Shown in pieces: positions 35,731-64,000 of a stretch of 64,000 nucleotides of DNA (position 1 is its first letter; each line of letters starts with the position of its first letter). A model generated the notes under the pieces. The model was not told the origin of the DNA. It did no database searches and saw nothing but the letters and a program-made list of their open reading frames with translations. The stretch is from positions 2,604,001-2,668,000 of the forward strand of contig CM035360.1 of the NCBI GenBank assembly GCA_020137815.1, given 5' to 3'. Both the position numbers and the translations under genes were made by a program. This DNA is from Hormiphora californensis (Eukaryota > Animalia > Ctenophora).

Positions 35731-35996
35731 GAGAGAGAGTGAGAGAGAGAGAGATTAAAAGCACATGTGTTGATCAGTTAACCACAACTGAGAGTATAAG
35801 AACTGCAAAATAGGTTACTATTGCTCCTCGTGCTGCATCACATGACGACGATGAGTGCGTATTAATTTGGTGCAAAATGAAAGAATCTGATATAAATAAT
35901 GTTGAAGTAAATAAAAGTAACAAAAGGTAACAGAAACTCAATAACAATGATCAACCTGCATGCATTTGATTTAAATGCGATGTATTGCCCAACAAA

Positions 35997-36071
<75 letters not shown>

Positions 36072-36118
36072 TTGTCTCAGTATCATGTCTCATAAGCGCA
36101 GCAGTATCATGCACAAAA

Positions 36119-58197
<22,079 letters not shown>

Positions 58198-58651
58198 ATC
58201 CTATTGAGAGATTAGTTGTTAAAACTTTTTAGTTGTAATGCTATAATTTAATACTGACCTCTAGCAGCCAATATACGATGCTGCACAAAGGCAGTGCACA
58301 CTGCACACCAGCAACTTGTGTTATTTGTTTGAGATATTGATGGAGTTATTGATGGAGTTATTGAACGAAAGTAGTGCTAGCGCCTTTTCCATATATTATT
58401 TAAAAAAGCTCAAATTTCATCATCGTGCAGTACCTCACCTCAAGAACTGCCCATTGAAGTAAAAGAAGAAGAACAATGCTAGCGCTTTTTCCATATTAGT
58501 TGGAAAACTCCAAAAAGCTCAGATTTCATCAAAAATTTGAAAATAATAGTTCACTCATCAGTGGTTCTTTGTGCAGTACCCACGTGCAGTTTTAGAACTC
58601 TTCTCTCTCATCCTGCCTTTGTCTTTCCAGCTTCTTTGTCCCTAAAACAGG

Positions 58652-58658
58652 TATAAAA
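58652..58658 (+). promoter_or_regulatory. Candidate TATA box for LDLa precursor copy 1 (mirrored at about 63826-63832)
   Basis: TATAAAA lies 53 nt upstream of the ATG with a TCATTT initiator-like motif at 58673, and the TATA is conserved in the inverted copy. AATAAA at about 59239. Confidence 0.4.
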
Positions 58659-58704
58659 CCTCCAACAACCACTCATTTCTCACCCAACTACTACTACTCT
58701 CATC

Positions 58705-59133
58705 ATGATGAAACTGGCAATATTCATTGTCGTCCTCGCTACCTGTGCCCTCTCCGCATCCGTTGTGGACTACAAGAAACGAGCTGATAACCTGGAGCTG
58801 GAGAAGCGAGGCAACAACTCTGAATGTTTCGTGTGCCCCACCTACCGACAACATTCCGACCCTCCCTGTTATCCCTACAGCTGGTTCTGTGATGGATACA
58901 AGGATTGCCCCAGTGGTATTGACGAGGCTAAGGAGTACTGTGGCGAGAGGAAGAGGGATCTCGATGAGATTGTTGAGGACATTGCCGAAAACGCTGTTAC
59001 AATCCTCGCTAAAATTGGCCGACAGTTGGTGACTGACGACTTCGACTTCCTTGAGGATGTCTACGATGAGACCAGGAAGGCCGCAGAGAAGATCAATGAC
59101 GTCATCGAGGAGGCCATGGAGGAGTTCGACTAA
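58705..59133 (+). CDS. Intronless secreted pro-peptide with a single LDL-receptor class A (LDLa) module flanked by basic cleavage sites, copy 1 (142 aa)
   Basis: Signal peptide MMKLAIFIVVLATCALSA; KKR and KR sites; six-Cys module C-FVC-x10-C-YPYSWFCDGYKDC-PSGIDE-x4-C; RKR; acidic helical C-terminal segment. GC3-rich codon usage and a conserved paralog. Confidence 0.9.
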   Translation: MMKLAIFIVVLATCALSASVVDYKKRADNLELEKRGNNSECFVCPTYRQHSDPPCYPYSWFCDGYKDCPSGIDEAKEYCGERKRDLDEIVEDIAENAVTILAKIGRQLVTDDFDFLEDVYDETRKAAEKINDVIEEAMEEFD

Positions 59134-59447
59134 ACTGGACGAATTGACGGAAAGAAGAAGTAGGAACCTTAAAAGTGGAATCACAAATCATTCTCTATTT
59201 GAATTTAAAAACTTAATTTCAAACGCATTTTAAAAACCAATAAACCTGTTTCACTTTGTTGAACCCCAAAATCCACGTCCCACGTCACGACGCCTCCCAT
59301 GCTGTAGAGTCTACAGTCTGTAGACCGCTCAAGACAGTTCTTTCACAAACATGTCCCTAATAGTGATGCTCCGTCATATTAACTGCCCTTTACCCTTATA
59401 AAGCATTGCCTAAGATGCAGTAGTCTACTGACATCAGACGAAAATTG

Positions 59448-59726
59448 TTTTTGCTGGTGCTGAGACTTCGCTAAACTGTTTTTTGGGTATTTTCTATGTC
59501 GATCCCAAAGTTTCATGGAGATTGGATGTGTTTTACGAACTCAAAATTTCGAAAAAAGTGACTGGAAAGGCTCGAAAACGGCTCAAAAACGGCAAAAATT
59601 GAGTCTTTCCAGCCAATTTTTTCGAAATTTTGAGTTCGAAAAACACATCCAACCTCCATGAAACTTTGGGATTGACATAGAAAATACCCAAAAAACAGTT
59701 TAGCAAAGTATCAGCACCAGCAAAAA
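59448..59726. repeat. Imperfect hairpin with ~125-bp arms (MITE-like)
   Basis: TTTTTGCTGGTGCTGA...TGGAAAGGCTC mirrors GAGTCTTTCCA...TCAGCACCAGCAAAAA. Confidence 0.8.
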
Positions 59727-59814
59727 TTCCTTCTGGTAGTTTTGATGCCAAAAACACACTTCCCGGGGTGCTAGAGCTCCAAAAACACCGAGAACCTTGA
59801 ATGAGGGTATAGAA

Positions 59815-61110
59815 CAGGAAACGACCGAACCGGGTTTTTTTCCACCGAACCGAACCGAACCGAATTTGAAAAACTTTTTTACCGAACCGAACCGAACCGA
59901 ACCGAACCGAATTTCGGTAACCGAACCGAACCGAACCATACAAAACTTTTTCTATATAAATGTTTCTCTAAAAAGTCATGGAGAGCACCGATCAAGGTAT
60001 TGAGAATCATTCTCTGAAATTTTGTTAAAAAATGTTTGAAAAAATTTCAAAGTCAATTTTATCGTAAATTTTCTATGTCAATTTTTGCGTACGAATCGTG
60101 TTTCGAATCGGCAATGCTATACGGGAATGGTTTTGCTAATTAGCAGGATTAAACGAACCATGAATCGTGTCTCTCTAAATTTCCTAATTAGATTTGATGG
60201 GGATCACGTATCAGCACAATCCATCTCGGACCCACTAATTACCAACATCACTCCCGTTTAGCATTGTCGATTAGAAACACGATTCGTATACCATAATTTA
60301 CTTAAAATATTTTTCACAAAAAAATTTCACAAAATTTCAGGTAATGATTCTCAATACCTTGATCGATGCTCTCCATGAATTTTTAGAGAAACATTTAATT
60401 TTGTGAAAAAACTTTGTAAAATATTTCAAAGTCAATTTCGGAAAAAAAATTCTATGTCAACTTTGCCGTACGAATCGTGTTGCGAATCGGTGATGCTATG
60501 CGGTAGTGCTCTCGCTAATTAGCAGGATTTATTGAAACATGAATCGTTTCCCCTAAACTTCCTAATTAGATTTGATGGGGGATCACGTATCAGCATAATC
60601 CATCTCGGACCCACTACAACATCACTCCCGCTTAGCAATACCGATTCGAAACACGATTCGTACGCAAAAATTGACATAGAAAATTTTCCATAAAATTGAC
60701 TTTGAAAAATTTCAGAGAATGATTCTTAACACCTTGATCGGTGCTCTCCATGAATTTTTTGAAAAAAAAAGTTTCTGAATTTGTTGACGCTCTCATGAGG
60801 ACACGATTCGACGGGAAGTCAGGTATCAAATCAATCCATATCGAACCCGCTAACTAGCGAAATCATTTCCACATAGCACCACCGATTCGAAATAGGGTTA
60901 ATACGGCGAAATTGACATTGAAATCCATACAATTTTCGTGAAATAATTGAAAAATTTTGCATGAAAAAGCCCGATTTCTGGGCATTTTTTGACCAAAAAA
61001 TTCGGTGGTTCGGCCAAAATTTCCTACCGAACCGAACCGAACCGAACCGCCCAAAAAACACCGAATTTCCGAACCGAACCGAACCGAACCGAATATCCGG
61101 TCGCTTCCTG
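59815..61110. mobile_element. hAT-like non-autonomous element with (ACCGA)n subterminal repeats, copy 1
   Basis: TIR CAGGAAACGACCG / CGGTCGCTTCCTG; 8-bp TSD GTATAGAA at 59807-59814 and 61111-61118. Confidence 0.9.
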
Positions 61111-61364
61111 GTATAGAATAGTCCAAGTATGAATCTTGTCAAATTTTTTCCGGGTGAAGCCCAACGCTTGTAAAGATCCAAAATGAACACCCTGTACAGT
61201 ACTTGTTTCTCTTTCAGTATATCTCTGTGTCAATTAGGGGGTGCTGGTATGCCGTGATTATATGTAAAGAGAGAAGAGAGAGAGAAGAGATGAATAGTAC
61301 GTACGTGGCACCATATTTTAGACAGGGAAGGCCATTCCTTCAAGAAAATAGCTATCCTACTGAC

Positions 61365-62705
61365 CAGGAAACGACCGAACCGGGTTTTTTTCCACCGAAC
61401 CGAACCGAACCGAATTTGAAAAACTTTTTTACCGAACCGAACCGAACCGAACCGAACCGAATTTCGGTAACCGAACCGAACCGAACCATACAAAACTTTT
61501 TCTGTATAAATGTTTCTCTAAAAAGTCATGGAGAGCACCGATCAAGGTATTGAGAATCATTCTCTGAAGTTTTGTTAAAAAATGTTTGAAAAAATTTCAA
61601 AGTCAATTTTGTGAAAAAATTTTCAAAGTCAATTTTTATCGTAAATTTTCTATGTCAATGTTTGCGTACGAATCGTGTTTCGAATCGGCAATGCTATACG
61701 GGAATGGTATTGCTAATTAGCAGGATTAAACGAACCATGAATCGTGTCTCTCTAAATTTCCTAATTAGATTTGATGGGGGATCACGTATCAGCACAATCC
61801 ATCTCGGACCCACTAATTACCAACATCACTCCCGTTTAGCATTGTCGATTAGAAACACGATTCGTATACCATAATTTACTTAAAATATTTTTCACAAAAA
61901 AAATTTCAGGTAATGATTCTCAATACCTTGATCGATGCTCTCCATGAATTTTTAGAGAAACGTTTAATTTTGTGAAAAAACTTTGTAAAATATTTCAAAG
62001 TCAATTTCGGAAAAAAAATTCTATGTTAATTTTGCCGTACGAATCGTGTTGCGAATCGGTGATGCTATGCGGCAGTGCTCTCACTAATTAGCAGGATTTA
62101 TTGAAACATGAATCGTTTCCCCTAAACTTCCTAATTAGATTTGATGGGGGATCACGTATCAGCATAATCCATCTCGGACCCACTAATTAGCAACATCACT
62201 CCCGCTTAGCAATACCGATTCGAAACACGATTCGTACGCAAAAATTGACATAGAAAATTTTCCATAAAATTGACTTTGAAATATTTTCCAAACTTTTTTA
62301 CAAAATTTCAGAGAATGATTCTTAACACCTTGATCGGTGCTCTCCATGAATTTTTTGAAAAAAAAGTTTCTGAATTTGTTGACCCTCTCATGAGGACACG
62401 ATTCGACGGGAAGTCAGGTATCAAATCAATCCATATCGAACCCACTAACTAGCGAAATCATTTCCACATAGCACCACCGATTCGAAATAGGGTTAATACG
62501 GCGAAATTGACATTGAAATCCATACAATTTTCGTGAAATAATTGAAAAATTTTGCATGAAAAAGCCCGATTTCTGGGCATTTTTTGACCAAAAAATTCGG
62601 TGGTTCGGCCAAAATTTCCTACCGAACCGAACCGAACCGAACCGCCCAAAAAACACCGAATTTCCGAACCGAACCGAACCGAACCGAATATTCGGTCGCT
62701 TCCTG
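61365..62705. mobile_element. hAT-like non-autonomous element, copy 2
   Basis: Nearly identical to copy 1 but with a different 8-bp TSD, CTACTGAC, at 61357-61364 and 62706-62713. Confidence 0.9.
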
Positions 62706-63350
62706 CTACTGACTACTCATAGCATAGGGCGATAACAGGCATCGCTGCTATTATTTAGTTGTTACAATAACGTAGGGGCCATAGGCACCAACGCCCAACC
62801 GGTATGGCATTTTTGTGAAGGAATGGTCTGACCTGCTCAAGAAACGTTTATAATAGCGAAGGGACAAATTCAGCCATTATTTATTTAGTTACCTTAACTA
62901 AGGGGAGAGAGAAAATAAAATACCGAGTAACCGAGAGGTCGAGATGCGAGAAAAGGAAGCATACGTGCTAATCGCTGATTGGTAAACGTACTAAACCAAA
63001 TATTTCTGGACCTACTCTCACTTTAACCCCAATGACCTTTAATTCTGCAATAAGTTTGGACGTTGTTTCACTTTCACCTCTATGTAATATGTCTGGACCT
63101 ACTTTCACTTTCAGAAAATCATTTGGAGAGAGAAAAGTCAATTTCAGAAGACGAGGTAGGTAGTCAGTAGGTAGGTAATCGGTAGGTAAGTAGTCAGTAG
63201 GTAGGCAGCCATTAGGTTTACACAAAGTGAAACATGTTTATTAATTTTTTAAATGCGTTCGAAATTAAGTATTTGAATTTAAATATAGAGAATAATTTGT
63301 GATTCCACTCCAGAAGGTTCCTATTTCTTCTTTCCGTCAATTCCTCCAGT

Positions 63351-63782
63351 TTAGTCGAACTCCTCCATGGCCTCCTCGATGACGTCATTGATCTTCTCTG
63401 CGGCTTTCCTGGTCTCATCGTAGACATCCTCAAGGAAGTCGTAGTCGTCAGTCACCAACTGTCGGCCAATTTTAGCGATGATTGCATAAGCGTTCTCGGC
63501 AATGTCCTCAACAATCTCGTCAAGATCCCTCACAAACTCCCCACAAAGATCTTCAGCCTCGTCAATACCACTGGGGCAATCCTTGTACCCATCACAGAAC
63601 CAGCTGTAGGGATAACAGGGAGGGTCGCTATAGTATTCTCTGTAGGAGGGACACACGAAACATTCCGAGTTGTTACCTCGCTTCTCCAGCTCCAGGTTAT
63701 CAGCTCGTTTCTTGTAGTCCACAACGGATGCGGAGAGGGCACAGGTAGCGAGGACGCCAATGAAGATTGCCAGTTTCATCAT
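63351..63782 (-). CDS. Intronless secreted LDLa pro-peptide, copy 2 (143 aa)
   Basis: Inverted paralog of 58705-59133 with the same signal peptide, KKR/KR sites and six Cys; the post-LDLa RKR is replaced by FVR. Confidence 0.9.
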   Translation of the reverse strand: MMKLAIFIGVLATCALSASVVDYKKRADNLELEKRGNNSECFVCPSYREYYSDPPCYPYSWFCDGYKDCPSGIDEAEDLCGEFVRDLDEIVEDIAENAYAIIAKIGRQLVTDDYDFLEDVYDETRKAAEKINDVIEEAMEEFD

Positions 63783-64000
63783 GATGAGAGTAGTAGTTGG
63801 GTGAGAAATAAGTGGTTGTTGGAGGTTTTATACCTGTTTTAGGGACAAAGAAGCTGGAAAGACAAAGGCACTAGGCAGGATGGGAGAGAAGAGTTCTAAA
63901 ACTGCACGTGGGTACTGCACAAAGAACCACTGATGAGTGCACTATTATTTTCATATTTTTGATGAAATCTGAGCTTTTTGGAGTTTTCCAACTAATGCTA

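Noticed and set aside
58642-59184. Antisense 180-aa ORF over the LDLa precursor
   Set aside because: Shadow ORF of a GC3-rich sense gene; an equivalent long ORF is not listed for the paralog.
59533-62656. FGSVR / TEPNR repeat ORFs
   Set aside because: Translations of the (ACCGA)n subterminal repeats of the hAT-like elements.

Overview
This is eukaryotic, intron-rich and repeat-rich animal DNA. It is most likely a cydippid ctenophore (Pleurobrachia/Hormiphora-like). That assignment is an inference from two repeat families I recall from Pleurobrachia gene models and from splice acceptors placed just before start codons. Most ORFs in the supplied track are microsatellite or repeat artefacts; the real genes had to be spliced by hand. 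Genes found: a 6-exon GTP cyclohydrolase I (291-2141, +) followed by an indel-riddled partial tandem copy; an orphan coiled-coil protein with an acidic tail (about 12095/14741-17465, +); and a 9-exon opsin-like class A GPCR lacking the retinal lysine (34256-19926, -), whose UGA is followed by an in-frame Ser/Thr-rich tail. An 18-exon PGAP1 (58197-36119, -) hosts, in its 9.4-kb intron 13, two same-strand nested genes (a CHST-type sulfotransferase-like protein and a small Cys-rich secreted protein, each with a +1 frameshift) plus a LINE remnant. Finally there is an inverted pair of intronless secreted LDLa-domain pro-peptide genes (58705-59133 + and 63351-63782 -) whose differences cluster in the mature domain and a cleavage site. 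Introns hold many non-autonomous DNA transposons (Tc1/mariner-, hAT-, Mutator- and Kolobok-like), a 1-kb palindrome, minisatellites and X-box-like palindromes. All exon coordinates were derived by eye and no database searches were run.
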